Of a DNA stretch of 64,000 bases, positions 1 through 12,524 are shown one piece after another. Source of the stretch: Eutreptiella sp. 'Long Island Sound 2002' (Eukaryota > Protista > Euglenida). The notes under the pieces were generated by a model. That model had not been told where the DNA came from, did not search any database, and was given only the letters and a program-made list of their open reading frames with translations. The stretch lies in contig OZ038378.1 in assembly GCA_964036045.1 (NCBI GenBank), positions 28,334,001 to 28,398,000 of the forward strand, read 5' to 3'. How positions within the stretch are numbered: the first letter of the stretch is position 1; each line of letters begins with the position of its first letter. The position numbers and the translations under genes are program-made.

Positions 1-19
1 TTTGGATAGGCCAACCCCC

Positions 20-213
20 CCCCCCCCCCCAAGCAGCGGGATACCGGCATCCCACTAGTGTGGCGTTGGGGGGTTGCTAGAAGCCCGTGGTGAGGTGTCC
101 TCATTTGCCTTGCTTCCCACGCTAAGCACCCACCGGACGCTAACAACGTCTTGGTGAGGCGCTGGTGGCGGTACAGGGACGCCAAGAGCCTATGGTGAGG
201 TGTCCCTGCAGCC
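20..213. repeat. ~200-bp non-satellite 'head' unit, copy 1 (homologous to 5790-5990)
   Basis: Both copies share cccacgctaagcacccaccgg, gcgctggtggcg, acgccaag and tggtgag, and each is followed by a satellite tract. Confidence 0.75.
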
Positions 214-417
214 TTTGCCCTCCCCTATGTAGTCTCGAACTACGCCTCATCACGGCCTCACACTGCGCCCCTGCATAGTCCCACGCTATGCTCCGGCACA
301 GTCCCACGCTGCGGTTTAGTGCGGACAACCTGCTGTGCCCCTGTGCAGCCCCATGTTGTGCCTTTGCGTAGCTGCACACTGAGCCCCATAGTGTGCCACA
401 TTGCGGCCCCACTCTAG

Positions 418-2004
418 GATCCTGTTAGAAACGCAATGGTGGTCTATTAGAACGTCGTTCTAATTCGAACAATTAGAACACTTTTCGGTCAGACCACCTC
501 CTTGTTCTAACGGGTTAGAACATCGTTAGAGCACCTTGTGTCCATTCACCTCGGGTTGTTTTTGTATGCCCTCTCCCATTGATGACCTAACTACCCACCT
601 CGTGGTGGGACCGGTTTGCAGGATGATCGCGTTTGGGAGCTGTTGGGGCAGTGGGCCTCGTTGTCCCTGGGGGCCCACCACCGGAACGCAACACTGCAAC
701 GCAATGGTGCAATTGTTGGTCTATTCGTGTTCAAACCAAAGTGTTCTGATCGTGTTCTAGCGCTTTTTGCCTCGTTCGTTAGAACGTCATTAGAACGGTC
801 CAGTTAGACCATGATTAGAACGAGTTGCACCGTTTTCGTTGCAGGCCTTTCAAGGCATCATTGACCACGACACAATCCACTGGGGTCGTGAAGGTGATGT
901 TGCAGCTACGCTTCGGTTTGGTGGCCACACGCCTTTCAACCGGCGTGTGGCAGGGGTATCTCCGGCCCCTCAAGTGGCCTCCCTCTTCAATGAGCGAGTT
1001 TGGCGCAAGGACACCGGGACGTGGAGTGGCTTGGAGGTGCGCCAGACCATGGCACGGGATCGGGCACACCACACATGCTTCTTGGCTTGTGGCAAGTCAT
1101 TGCCGTGTGCCAGTTGTAGTGTGACCCCGCTCCTTGTGATGCCCCGGCAGTTGGTGACACCGTGCATTTTGCATTGCACCATGGCGATTGGTCGCCTGCT
1201 GTAGGTCGTCATTAAGGCGCTATCCTATGCGGACAAGATCCGCCTAGAGGGCGACCTTGCGGACCATAAGACAGGATGCTTCATCTTCCACTCTCGGAGT
1301 CTGGACGCGTGCCGTAATGAGGAGGCGGAGGCCTACCTCTGTTTGGCGGGGTTGGGGAATAGGGATGACCGGGACGACGGGGGCATCGCGGATGAGGGTG
1401 GGGATGGGGATGGGGACAAAGGTGGGGATGGGGGAGAGCCCCGTGCCACCAGCCCAACGACTCCGGACATGGAGTCATACGGCGTCCCCCAAGGGGCAGG
1501 GGAGGGGCAGGCTCCAGGGCAGGGGCAAGTTCCAGGGCAGGGGCCAGGGCAGGGGCAAGGGCAGGGGAGTGGGAGTAGCCCCGGGGCGCCTATTGGGCCC
1601 CCCGAGCACACGGGCTTTTCATTGAACCGGTGGCAGCACCTGTGACTCGCTTTCAATGAAGAAAAAGTACTAAATGTTTGGTGCTGTGTGCCTTCGCCAA
1701 ATGTGCTCTAATCATATGCTAATAAAACACTTCCAACGGCGTTCTAACGGCGGCGATCCAAAAAGCACTAAAACAAAGTTAGAACAAAAAATGGTTTCTA
1801 CCCGAAAAGTGAGAAAAATTGATTGTTTCGAAAAAAAAGTCATTCTGAACCTCGTAGCAACTATTTTCGGCCTCCGACCCCCCCCCAAAAAAACTCGGGG
1901 AACACCCCCAGGTGTACACACGCGGATAATCGGAGAGTTCTAATTGTTGTAATTAGACCGTTAGAACAGAATGGTTAGACCACCGTTGGGTTTGTAGCAG
2001 TTCG
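418..2004 (+). mobile_element. Non-autonomous/decayed TIR DNA transposon inserted in the satellite
   Basis: Imperfect TIRs: CTGTTAGAAACGCAATGGTGGTCTA at 422-446 vs reverse complement CTGCTACAAACCCAACGGTGGTCTA ending at 2000 (21/25 identical). CTAG flanks both sides (414-417, 2005-2008). Multiple GTTCTAA/TTAGAAC motifs lie near both ends, and the satellite resumes after the element. Confidence 0.8.
839..1645 (+). pseudogene. Internally deleted transposase remnant, probably RAG1/Transib/CMC-like
   Basis: GGHTPFNRRVAG resembles the second catalytic motif (GD..F...v.G) with D>H. VTPCILHCTMAIGRLL resembles the (C/D)xxH motif. In-frame stop at 1202-1204; low-complexity G/Q-rich tail. Confidence 0.45.
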
Positions 2005-3732
2005 CTAGGGCACATAGCGCCTTTGCGCAGTCCCATGCTGCGCCCCAGCCCAGCCGCCTGCTGTGCCCTTGCGCAGCCGCGCTCCGTGACCCTGCGCGGC
2101 ATCACACCGCTGCCCTGTACCTGCGCAGCCCCGCGCAGCGCCCCGCGCAGCCGCTTGTTGCACCCCTGCACACTCCTCCACTGCGCACTTGTGCAGCCAT
2201 GCGCCACGCTCTTGCGCACCCCCAAAATGAGGCCCTCGCTAGGCCCCTGCGAAGCCCCGCGTTGCACCCTTGCGAAGCCCGACGTTGCGTCCCAGCGTAG
2301 CCCCATGTTGCACGCCTGTGTTGCCCCATGCTACGCCCAGGCGGAGCCACACGCTGCGCCCCTGCGCGGCCATCCGCCGCGCTCTTACGCCGCCCCACGG
2401 TTGCGCCCCTTGCTCCGCCCCTGCAAAGGCCTGCACCGCACCCCTAGGTAGCTCCACACTGTGCCCCAGCGCAGATCCGAACCGCACTTTTGTGCAGCCC
2501 CATGCTGCGCCCGTGTGCAGCCACACACTACCCCCCTGCTCAGCCCTATGCCGTGCCTTTGTCCCTGCGCAGCCCCGCACAGCGCCCCAGCGCAACCGCG
2601 CGCTGTGCCCTTGCACATTTCCAGACTGCGCGCCTGTGCAGCCATACGCCGTGCTCCTGTATTCCCCCACACTGCTCCGTAGCGTAGCCGCCTAATGCAC
2701 CCCTGTGCAGCCCCATGCTGGGCTCGTGCGCAGCTTCACGCTGCGCCCCTACGCCCCCCCATGCCACGTCCCTGTCCCTGCGCAGTCTTGCGCAGCAATG
2801 CTACACAGCCCCACAATGTCCCCGTGCGCAGCTGCCTGCTGCTCCTTTTGGCGGCCCCATGCTGCGCCCGTGCGCATCCACACATTGTGCCCTTGCACAG
2901 TCCCATGCGGTGCCCCTAGCCTTGCGCAGCCCCGCACAGCCCCCGAGCTCAGCCGCCTGCTGTGCCCCTGCACAGTCGCAGACCGCGCCCCTGTGCAGCC
3001 ATACACCGTGCTGCAACGTACCCCCACATAGCGCCCTAGCGCAGCTGCCTAATGCACCCTTGTGCAGCCCCATGTTGTGCCCCTGCGCAGCTACATGGTG
3101 TGCCCCTACACAGCCTACTGCCGCGCCCCTGTCCCTGCGCGGTCCCCCACGGCGCCCTTGCGCCCCACAGTGTGTCCTAGTGCAGCTGCGTGCTGCACCC
3201 CTGTTCAGCCCCATGCTGTGCCCGTGCGTAGCCACACGATGTGCCCCTGCACAGCCCCATGCTGCGCCGCTGTCTCTGCGCAGCCCCCCACCACCTCCAG
3301 CGCAGTCCTGCAGTGCGCCCCTACGCAGCCATATGCCCCACTCCTGTGGGGGCCCACGCCGCGCCCCTTGTTGCGCTCCACCGCAGCCGCCTGCTGCAGC
3401 CTTGCGCATCCCCGCACTGCGCCACTGCGCAGCCCTGCAGTGCGCCCTTGCGCAGCCCCATGCAGCGCCCCAGCAAAGTCCCCCTCTGCTCCCTTGCGCA
3501 GCCATACGACGTGCCCCTGCGCGGCCCCACAATGTGCCCTTTGTTGTGCCCTTGTGCAACCCCACACTGCACCCTTGCGCCGCTCCACACCGTGCCCCTG
3601 TGCCTTCGCAGCCCCACGCTGCGCCCCTGTCCCTGTACAGCCCCGCGCCTTGCCCCAAGGCTGCCACTTGCTGCACCCCTGCACAATCCCGCACGGCGCC
3701 CCTGCGCAGCCATATGCTGCACCCCTGCACCG

Positions 3733-3925
3733 CCTCAAGTAGGTTCTCCAGCATCGCTAAAAACCACGCCGCATTGCCGTTGGTAACGCCCATGGGTGTC
3801 ACCTCCCAGGAGGGGTCCAAGTGGGGTGCTCATGGCTGTGCAGGCTGTGCAGGACTCATTGGCGAAAGGTATCTGGCGGTAGCCATGTTTCAGGTCGATC
3901 ACCGTGACGATCCTCGGCTTTAACT
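3733..3925 (-). pseudogene. Ty3/Gypsy reverse-transcriptase fragment embedded in the satellite
   Basis: IDLKHGYRQIP...TAMSTPLG and, in another frame, WEVTPMGVTNGNAA...MLENLLE are Gypsy RT motifs. Confidence 0.8.
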
Positions 3926-5789
3926 GTTTTGCAGCATGTCCTCGTTGAGGCAACCTGTAGCTGTCATGCCCCTTGGTGCGCCCCTGCGAAGCCCCTCACT
4001 TCACCCTTGCGCAGCCCCACGCTGCGCCCGTGCACAGCCCCGCACTACGCCCCTACGCAGCCCCACACTGTGCCCCATTGCGGCTCCTCATGGTGCGCCC
4101 CTGCGCTAGGCCACGCCGCACCCCTGTTCCTGCGCAGACCTGCACTATGCCGTAGCGCAGCCACACACGTTACGTCCCTCGGTAGCCCCGCAGTGCGCCC
4201 CTACGCAGCCCCACATGGCCCCCTTGCGCGGCCTCGCGCCGCGCTCCTGTGCCACCCTGCATTACGCCCCAGCGTGGCCGCGCACTGCGCCCTTGCGCAG
4301 CCATACGGCGTGCTCATGCGCCCCCCCACGCTACACCCGGGCACCGCCCCACGGTGCGCCCCTGTGCAGCCACACACTGCATCCTTGCGCTAACCCGTGC
4401 TCCGCCCGTGTGCAGCCACACGCTTCGCCCTTGCCGCTTTGCGTTGCACCCTTGCGCAGCCCCACGGTACACCCCTGCGCAGCCCCACACTTTGCCCTGT
4501 GCAGCCACACGCTGCACCCTTGTGCGTCCCAGTGCTGCGCCTCTTGGCCGCCTTACGGTGTGCCCTTTCTCAGGCCCACGCCGCGCCCCTGTCCATGCGC
4601 AGCCGCGCACTGCGCCCCAGCGTAGCCACACACGTTGCGCCCCTGCACAACCCCGCACTGCGCTTTTGCACGGCCTCGCGCCGCGCTCTTGCGCGGCCAC
4701 GCACTGCGCCCCTGCTCAGCCACATGCCGTGCTCCTACGCGGCCCCACACTACACCCTTACGTTGCGCCACGCTGCGCCCTTGCCCAGCCCCACACTGTG
4801 CCTGTGTCAAGCCTCACATTGCGTCCCTACGCCGCCCCACGCTGTGCCCCTAGGTAGCCACACGCTGCACCCTTGCGCAAACCCGTACTGTGCCCTTGTG
4901 AAGCCACACACTACGCCCTTGCGCCGCCTCGCGCTACTCCCCTACGCCCCTATGCAGCACCACACTACACCCCTGTGCCCCTATCCAACCACACGCTGCA
5001 CCCCTATGCGATCCCGTGCTAGCGCCCCTGCACCGCTCCACGGTGCGCCCCTGCGCAGCCCCACACTGCGCCCATGTGCCGCCCCATGCCGCGCCCTTGG
5101 GCGACCCCGCGCTCCGCAACTGCGTTGCCTCTCATTGCGCTACAGCGCAGCCCCATGCTACGCCCCTGTGCAGCCCCAGGCCGCGCCCTTGCGCCGCCTC
5201 ACGTTGCGCCCTTGCGCAACCACACACTACACCCCTACGCAACCCCACAAGTCGCCCCTGAGCACACACTGCGCCCCTGCACATCCCCACGCCGCGCCCG
5301 TGCGCCGCCTCACGCAATGCCCTTGCGCAGCTCCACATTGCGGCCCTGCGCAGCCCCACACTGCGCCCCTGTGCAGCCCCAAGCTGCCCCCTGCGCGACC
5401 TCGCACTGCGCCTATATGCAGCCACATGCTCCGCCCCTGGGCAGCTCCACGCTGCGCCCACCCGCAGCCCTGCGATGTGCCCTTGTCGCTCGCAGCCACA
5501 CGCTTCGCTCTTGCGCGGCCCCATTGTCCGCCCCTATCCCTGCCCGGCCCCACGCTTCGCCACTGCGTAGTCTTGCGATGTGCCACTGTCCTTGCACAGC
5601 GACGCGCTGCGCCCCTGCACGGCCCCGTGGTGCGCCCCAGCGGAGCCCCACGCCGCGTCCCTGCGCAGCCCCAAGCTGAGCCCTTGCGCAACCCCGCACT
5701 GGCCCCTTTCCCCGCACGGCCCCGCGCTACGCCCCTACGTAGCCCCGTCTTGTGCCCTTGTTCCTACATAGCCACACCCAGCGAACCCC

Positions 5790-5990
5790 CCTCCCCCCGC
5801 CTCGGCAGCGCGACACTAGCATCCTCGTGGTGTGGCACCAGTCGCATAATGGCGTTGCCGGAAGCTTGTGTTCACGTGTCCCCGCTCACCTTGCACCCCA
5901 CGCTAAGCACCCACCGGTTGCCAACCACCCCTGGGTGACGCGCTGGTGGCGTTTTCGGTACGCCAAGGGCCTGTGGTGAGCTTTCCCCGT
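5790..5990. repeat. ~200-bp 'head' unit, copy 2
   Basis: Diverged homologue of 20-213. Confidence 0.75.
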
Positions 5991-7559
5991 AGCCCTCCGC
6001 TCACCCTGCGTAGTCTCACATTGTGCCCCATTACGGCCCCACGCTGCGCCCCAGTGCTGCCGCCTGCTGTGGCCCTGTGCAGCAGCACGCTGTGTTCCGG
6101 CGTAGCCGCCCGGTGTGACCCCGCACAGCCACGCGTTGTGTTCCTACGCAGCCACACGGTGCGCCCTTGAGTTCCTGCACAGTCCCATACTGTGCCCCCG
6201 CACACTAGTGCGTTGTGCCCCTGCACAGTGCCACGCTGGGCCCCAACGTAGCTACACGCTATGTTTCTGTGCGGCCACACGATGCGCCCCTCCGCCCCCC
6301 CACGTGGCGTCCCTGTGCAGCCCCACACTGTGCCCCTGCACAGCCCCACGCTGCCCCCTTGCGCCACCCCACACTCTGCCCCTTTTCCTACGCAGCACGG
6401 CATTGTGTCCCTGCACAGCCCCACTCTGCGCCCTTGCGCAACCCCACATCGTGCCTTTGCGGAGCCCCACACCGCACCCCTATGCAGCCACGCACTGCGC
6501 CGGAGTCCCTACACAGCCACACATTGCGCCCCTGCGCATCCCCACGCTTCACCCCTGCGCAATCCCATGCCGCCCCCCTGCGTAGCCGCACGCTACGCCC
6601 CTTCCCGTGCACAGCCACCCGCTGCGCCCCTGTGCAGCCCCAGACTGCGCTCCTACGCAGCCCTTCGCCGCGCCCCCGCGTAGCTCCACGCTTCTTTCGT
6701 GTGCAACACCACATTGCGCCGCGACGTTCCCCCTTGCCCCTGCACGGCTCCATGCTCTACTCCTGTGCAGCCATGCGCTGCGCCCCTTCGCAGCCCCACG
6801 GTGCACGGCTGTGCAGCCCCGAGCCCTACCCCTGTCCCTGCGCGGGCCCACGTGTTGTGTCCCTGCGTAGCCACCCGTTGCGCTCCTACGCAGTCCAACA
6901 CTGCGCCCCTGCACTATATGGCATTCTGCCTCTACGCTGGCCCATGCTACGCCCTTGCGCGGTCCCACGCAGCGCCCCCACACGGGCTCACACTGCCCCT
7001 TGTTGCGCTCCTCCTTTATGACCCCACGCTGCGCCGCTGCGCGGACCCACACTGTGCCCCAACTCATCCTTGCGTTGTTGTCCTGCGCAGCCCTATGCGG
7101 TGCCCTTGCGCACCCACATGAGCGGTCCCCCTCCCCACCAAGAAAGGCAACACCACCACACCAACGCGCAGCACCCCCCCCCCCCTTCACACGAAACTTT
7201 TCCGGCTAGTGACAGCCCCCTGTGGCGCGGGCTGTGCTGTCACTCGCCCGCTTCGGCCCACCCTGACGGGACGGAGTAAACGGCGCTATGGATCGTTGGG
7301 GGCGATTCGTTCTGGCAGCCCCTCTTCGGCTTTGCCGTCGCCTGGGGCGGGCCAATCAGAATCTAGCATCCAAAATCCCCCCACCACCTCAAATTGCCCC
7401 ACCTGGACCCCCCCTCCCTCCCACCAACCCTCCGGGCCGCCCATCCTTTAGCCCCCCCCCCCCCCGCCGCCCACTTTGGCCCACTTCTACTCGGGGTTGG
7501 GGGGGGGTTGCATACAAAAGCGAGGAGACGGCCCCCAGGTGATGCACTATTTTCTCCAT

Positions 7560-7735
7560 TTGCCTGTTGCACATTCCCCCCATTTCCCGGTGCATGAGTA
7601 CGAAGGTCACGACGCATTGCGAGTGAGACCACCAGCGGGGCGGGCACACAGCCGCCTTCTGCAAATGGCGAGACACAAGCACAAGGACAAGCACAAGCCC
7701 CGTTGCCCCCTACTTCCCCCACATTCCCCTGCTCG
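7560..7735. repeat. Dispersed repeat with (CACAAG)n and CCCCATTT-type tracts, copy 1
   Basis: gcggggcgggca...gccgcc...ggcgagacacaagcacaag...cacattcccc is shared with 32600-32826. Confidence 0.75.
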
Positions 7736-10700
7736 TTGCCAAGACATCACTCACCCCTATAGTGCAGTGATAAGTTTTTGTTTGTTTGGGTGTGTGAGGT
7801 CAAGCAACCCATGTGCACGGCGGCTGATCGCCCGCCCGCACACCATTGTGTGTCACAGGAAGTAGCAGCGAGTGCAACGAGAGCGGCAACTAGGAGGACG
7901 GCGCCAGGGAGGATACACGGAGTGGCGACCACAGGAAGGAAGAGTTCGACGGGCGGGCAGCGGAAACCAGTGCAGCACGAGACAGTGGGCCCGGGGCGCC
8001 CCAGGCGTGGACAATGTGCGGGTCTCAACCACATCGGGGTCTCTAACGGAGCCACCCAGATCACCGCAAAGTGGGTGCAGCGCGGGCTCACGGAGGGTAT
8101 GGCGTGCAATGGCGACCACGTAGTGCGCCAGGTGCCCGCGCACCGACGGAGGCACTGAGTCGATATCCCCAAGACTGCCAGGGAGCGGGGGCTGTGGAGC
8201 TAGTTCAAGATGATGCCCGCAACGAGGACTTGGTGCAGGCCGACGGCAGGCACGACGAGAGCAGTACAGCCTTGCGGGGCAAGCGACGAGCGTGCAGCGC
8301 GTAGCGCACGCGCGACAAGACGGAGCACCGGCTGCACCGAAGCCGGCGCGCATATGGCGGCGCGGCGCAGGCTTGGGCGGCCGAGGCAAGCACGAGTTGT
8401 ATCACACAATGGAGAGCTGGTGCACCGTCCTCGCAACATGCCCGGGAAATGGCGTGTATTGTCCCAAGGTTGCCCGAGCGGGCTGCCCTCGGCAGATGGC
8501 GTGTACTGCAATTTTGTGCACCATAGTGGATGCCGTGCACTGCTCAGGATGGACCAGCCAGGCCGCTCTGTGACAGATGATAGGTACTGCGGCAGATGAC
8601 GTGTACCCGGCTAAGTCCAATGGCTGCAGCGATGGGATCACGTGTACTTTGGAAGGTGACGCGTACTCAGCAGTGCGGCACAATGCGTGCAGCGAGATGG
8701 CGGGCACTGCACGAGCGAAACGAGGGGCACCACAACACAAGACGAGGTAAAAGCACCCATCTCGCTTTGTCTTCAAGTCTTGCATCATGTTTGGCAATGG
8801 ATGAGATAGTGATGGGGCGCACCCCAGAGCTCATGAGGCGGTAGACCACAAAATCAAATACACCCTCGAAACGTTTGAGCGTATCACCGCCCAGAACACA
8901 GCGTGGAGTTCAAATTGAAAGATTGAGCAGTCAAACTTTCATATGACGAAGCCCTCACCGAAGGGACCAAGAGTGCCCGGCTGCTCCACTTCTGTGGGCA
9001 TGACTCGCGGATAGTGAGCACCAGCCAGCGGTGCAGTCCATGGCTCTAGCTATGCAAGTGCTAACGGAGGCCCACATTCAGGAAGCGTCGTTCGATGTGT
9101 CCTTTGACGTAGTCGGTACAGGGGGCAGGCTGACAGCGCCTACCAAATGGAAGGTCGTAGTGCATTGCATCCGGGAGGCGGCGGCAGCAGGTGCGCAGCT
9201 TGTGGCAGCCTTGAATAGCCCGACGGCCGAGAGGGTCTTTCGCAAAGTTGCGTGGAAGCTGGTCATGCAGGAGCTCGTGGACGCGATCTGCGCCAAGCCC
9301 AACGCCGCGGTACGGTCTTTGCAGGCGGTGAGCCCTGCGGTGGATCGACTCCCGCGGCGCAGCCCACGCCTTCGCGAACGTGATGGAGAGCAGGACGCAA
9401 ATGTCGGCCGCTAGTCCAATGAGGACCAGTGACGACAGCGGGATGACGATGACGACACAGACAGGGAGTGGCGGTGCTGCATCGGCAAATCGCGCAACAG
9501 GGCCCTCTCCTGACCGCGGATGCCGAGCACTCATTGACGCCGGGAGTGTGGTACTAGCCCGAGCCGGGAAAACATATGCAGCACCGGAGGTCATGGCCGA
9601 CATGCCCACCGAACGGGATGTACGACACCTTCGGGCACGCCTCCGGCGTTTTTGGGTAGCAGCTCCGGGGCATCTTGGAGGACTAGAAACGTGCAGCAAG
9701 TCAGGAAGTGCTGCGCATACGGGCAGATCGAAGGGCAGCGCAGCGGGAGCGAGACCAAGAACATCTAGTCCCACCAAGCACGAGCCGCCGGATGTTCCTG
9801 GTAACACCGCAATACGACCCGGGGCCAGCACACCAGCGGGTCACACAGCGGCTGCACCGGGAATGGGCCGAGGCAGCGGAGAAGGAGAGGCAACGTCGAC
9901 GAGAACAATAGGAGCGGCACGGCGGAACAGCGACTCCAGCGACAGGCGCGTCGCACAATAGGGTGGTCCGGGGACGAGAGCGCCGGCGAGTTCGAGGTCG
10001 TCACCGATCACATAGCAGCCATTGGAGTGGTCTTGATACGGGTCGTCAAGGGGTGTGACTCGGCGGACCTTTCTGCGAGAGCTGAAGCTCGTGCTCAGGT
10101 ATAGCAACGTGGAACCAATGTGGGGCCATGTCGCACAATTGTGTGACAAACACAACTCCCGCCAAGCCATGCAAGTCGTCGCGTACCACACGGCGTTGTG
10201 GGGCCAGCAGGAGGTCACTGTTGGATGGACACAAAATTTCCCATCTAGCCATGGGACAACACGCGCATTTTGGTGGATGCGGGCAAGGCGGTACCGGCAA
10301 GACCCGCATCCCACAGCCACAAGGCGGAGCCACGATTGAATATGGGGCACGCAGCACGAGAAAGTATGGGCAACATCACACACTATGTAGCATGCCCTCC
10401 ACACAGTGTAGCAAACACGTATCTCTCTCCTTGCGGAGGGAGAGTGCCCAAGCGGCCGAGTCACCGACGAGGTTGCCCCATGGGCTGGAATGGGTCAGGA
10501 GGTGAGGGAAGCACAAATGGAAATGGCGCAGCGCAGTGGTATGTGGGTGGTGCGGGGAACCGCCGAGAGAAAGCGGTAGTCACTGAGGAGCCCTGAGACC
10601 CGGCGCGCCGTGCAACATATGCCAGGCATTGGTCGCGCCGCGGACAACTAGTTTTGCATGGCGTCCGTGGAGCAAGAGTTCCGCACATCCGGCTAGCGGA

Positions 10701-11278
10701 CTAGGAGTGCCAAGAAGTGTGCCCCGGGAGTCACGACGGATGAGCTAGAGCGCAAGGTACAGTGGGGCACAGTCCGGCCCCAGATGACACGCGGAGCCTT
10801 CAAGAGGCAGGAGTGGTGGAGTGGAAGGTGGTCCACGCGCACGGCATGCATGGCGGCGCGGAGCGCATGGGCGTCCGCCAAGTGCAGTGGGTGGCATCCC
10901 CCCAGGGGGGAGCGCGTCGACACATCTAGTAGGCCGATTCGAATGTGGAGAGACATAATTTGAGCTGGAAGCAGGACAAGACTGGGAAGAGGTGGGGCTG
11001 ATTCCAGGATTCCGCAAGTGCACCTGCCCATGTGGGAGCTGTGAGCCAAGCTTGATGGACCATGGAGGTCGCCGACGCAGTGCGCCTGATATATGAATGT
11101 GTACAACACAAGAGATAACGGCGCAGCGACGGAGGGGTGGCGCGGCGACCGCTAACGTCCGGAGCCGGGCTAGTGCACAACTGGTGGTTGCAATATTATG
11201 AGGAGACATGACGGAAACCAGAGTGCGCCAAGTGCGTTGTGCACGTGGCGCTTGCAGGGCAAGCAGTGCGATTGACAG

Positions 11279-11935
11279 GTGGAAGTGTACTCTGGGGTCC
11301 CGGTGATTCTGCTGGGCGAGTGCAACGGGTTCGTTCCCCGGCATGAGGCCACCAAGGCGGTGGCGAAGGCCGTACGGGTAGTAGTGGTGACCATAGGAGA
11401 CGGCCAGCTGCTACACAAGGAGTGGGCGCTCGTTCCAAAGCACCTAGTGGGCGAACGGCACGTGACATATGTGCCGGGTGTCGCAGACCACCCTTGGGTG
11501 ATCGCGATGGCGGTCACCCACACTGGTGGAGGAGCGGCCATGGCCCAGGGGCACAAGCCTGTAGTCATCACGGGATGGACGAATGGTGACCGAAGGAAGT
11601 ACGGAGACATCATGGAGGCGCTAAGCTACGGAGAAGTGGCCGTCGACACGTGGCTGGTGCTCATGCATGAAGCATCAGCGGCCATCGCCGGAGAGATGTG
11701 GAAAGCCGGATACCTAGAAGGTCACTGGGAATACCTGCAGGAGCAAATCCTTCAACCTGAACATGACGGAGGGGAGCTGGGGCGAGCAGTCGCAGACCAA
11801 GTGTGGCATAACATGGTCTCGGAGCGCAATGTCCTGGATGCGGCGGTGCTCAGCGGGGAGACAATGCGAGTGCTGAAGCTTGCCAAGCCTCTTCCACTGC
11901 ACCAACCGACCAAGCTGTGGGCTGCACAATTCTAG
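11279..11935 (+). pseudogene. LINE ORF2 apurinic endonuclease C-terminal part plus linker
   Basis: PVILLGECNG (cf. GDFN) and VADHPWV (cf. SDH); a GGVA motif lies upstream near 11130 in another frame. Confidence 0.7.
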
Positions 11936-12094
11936 TGGCTGGTCCGCGGGCACGAAGTACTGTCCGTCGTGCCGAGGGTGGCGGCAGCCAGGCACCAACC
12001 AGAACCGAAGCCGCCGACGGAGGAGGAAGTGAAAGCGTACAAGCCGCCTGCGATAGGCTCACACCGTCAGGAGGAGTACAGCAAGCTTGCTGAG

Positions 12095-12500
12095 GCATGA
12101 AGGCTGCAGATCACGCGTGAGTCATGTGTGCGAATTCTGCAGGGTGTAGGATACCCGTTCACTGTGTGGGAGACCATCCAAGTGGTGCAGAGTCAGCAGT
12201 CGGACACCATGATCCTGGATGGGTTTGCGCCACGGCCGCAAAAACACCTAGGCCTACCGGGGATCCCGGCGGTACGCAGACTGCTGAACCAACCCTTGAC
12301 CTCGCTGCCGGCAGTCAATATGGGATGCCTACACATGCCAAGCAAGAAGAGAGTGTTGCAATCAACTTCTCATGGCCCGTGACCACAGGGCATTTCCGAG
12401 AAGATCTCCCCATAGCGTAATGCTGAGAGATTTGACAAAAAAGGACAAAAAATGGTTGTTCAAACATTGGACTTTAAAGAGGCAATTTGGCTCTAGCTGA
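12095..12500 (+). pseudogene. Frameshifted LINE RT N-terminal subdomains
   Basis: MKAAD (K-A-x-G/D motif), K.PRPTGDP..., QPLTSLPAV (cf. RPI.L), then MVVQTLDFKEAI (cf. LDFxKAFD) at 12452-12487. Confidence 0.55.
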
Positions 12501-12524
12501 CCTAGGCGAGCCTCCATTTGATGT

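Larger units (their letters stand above)
213..7118. repeat. Degenerate C-rich minisatellite, ~23-bp unit CCCTGCGCAGCCCCACGCTGCGC, interrupted by insertions
   Basis: Unit is directly readable, e.g. 5344-5390. Tracts lie at ~213-413, 2009-3733, 3960-5790 and 5990-7118. Confidence 0.9.
7770..12500 (+). mobile_element. Decayed APE-type non-LTR retrotransposon (5' region, APE, start of RT)
   Basis: APE motifs at 11.0-11.55 kb and RT N-terminal motifs at 12.1-12.5 kb. The fragmented upstream ORFs (7.8-10.6 kb) are assigned by position only, and the 5' boundary is uncertain. Confidence 0.7.

Noticed and set aside
2023-7190. Many long ORFs (up to 513 aa) rich in A/P/R/C
   Set aside because: By-products of a GC-rich, stop-poor satellite; they are open in all frames and on both strands
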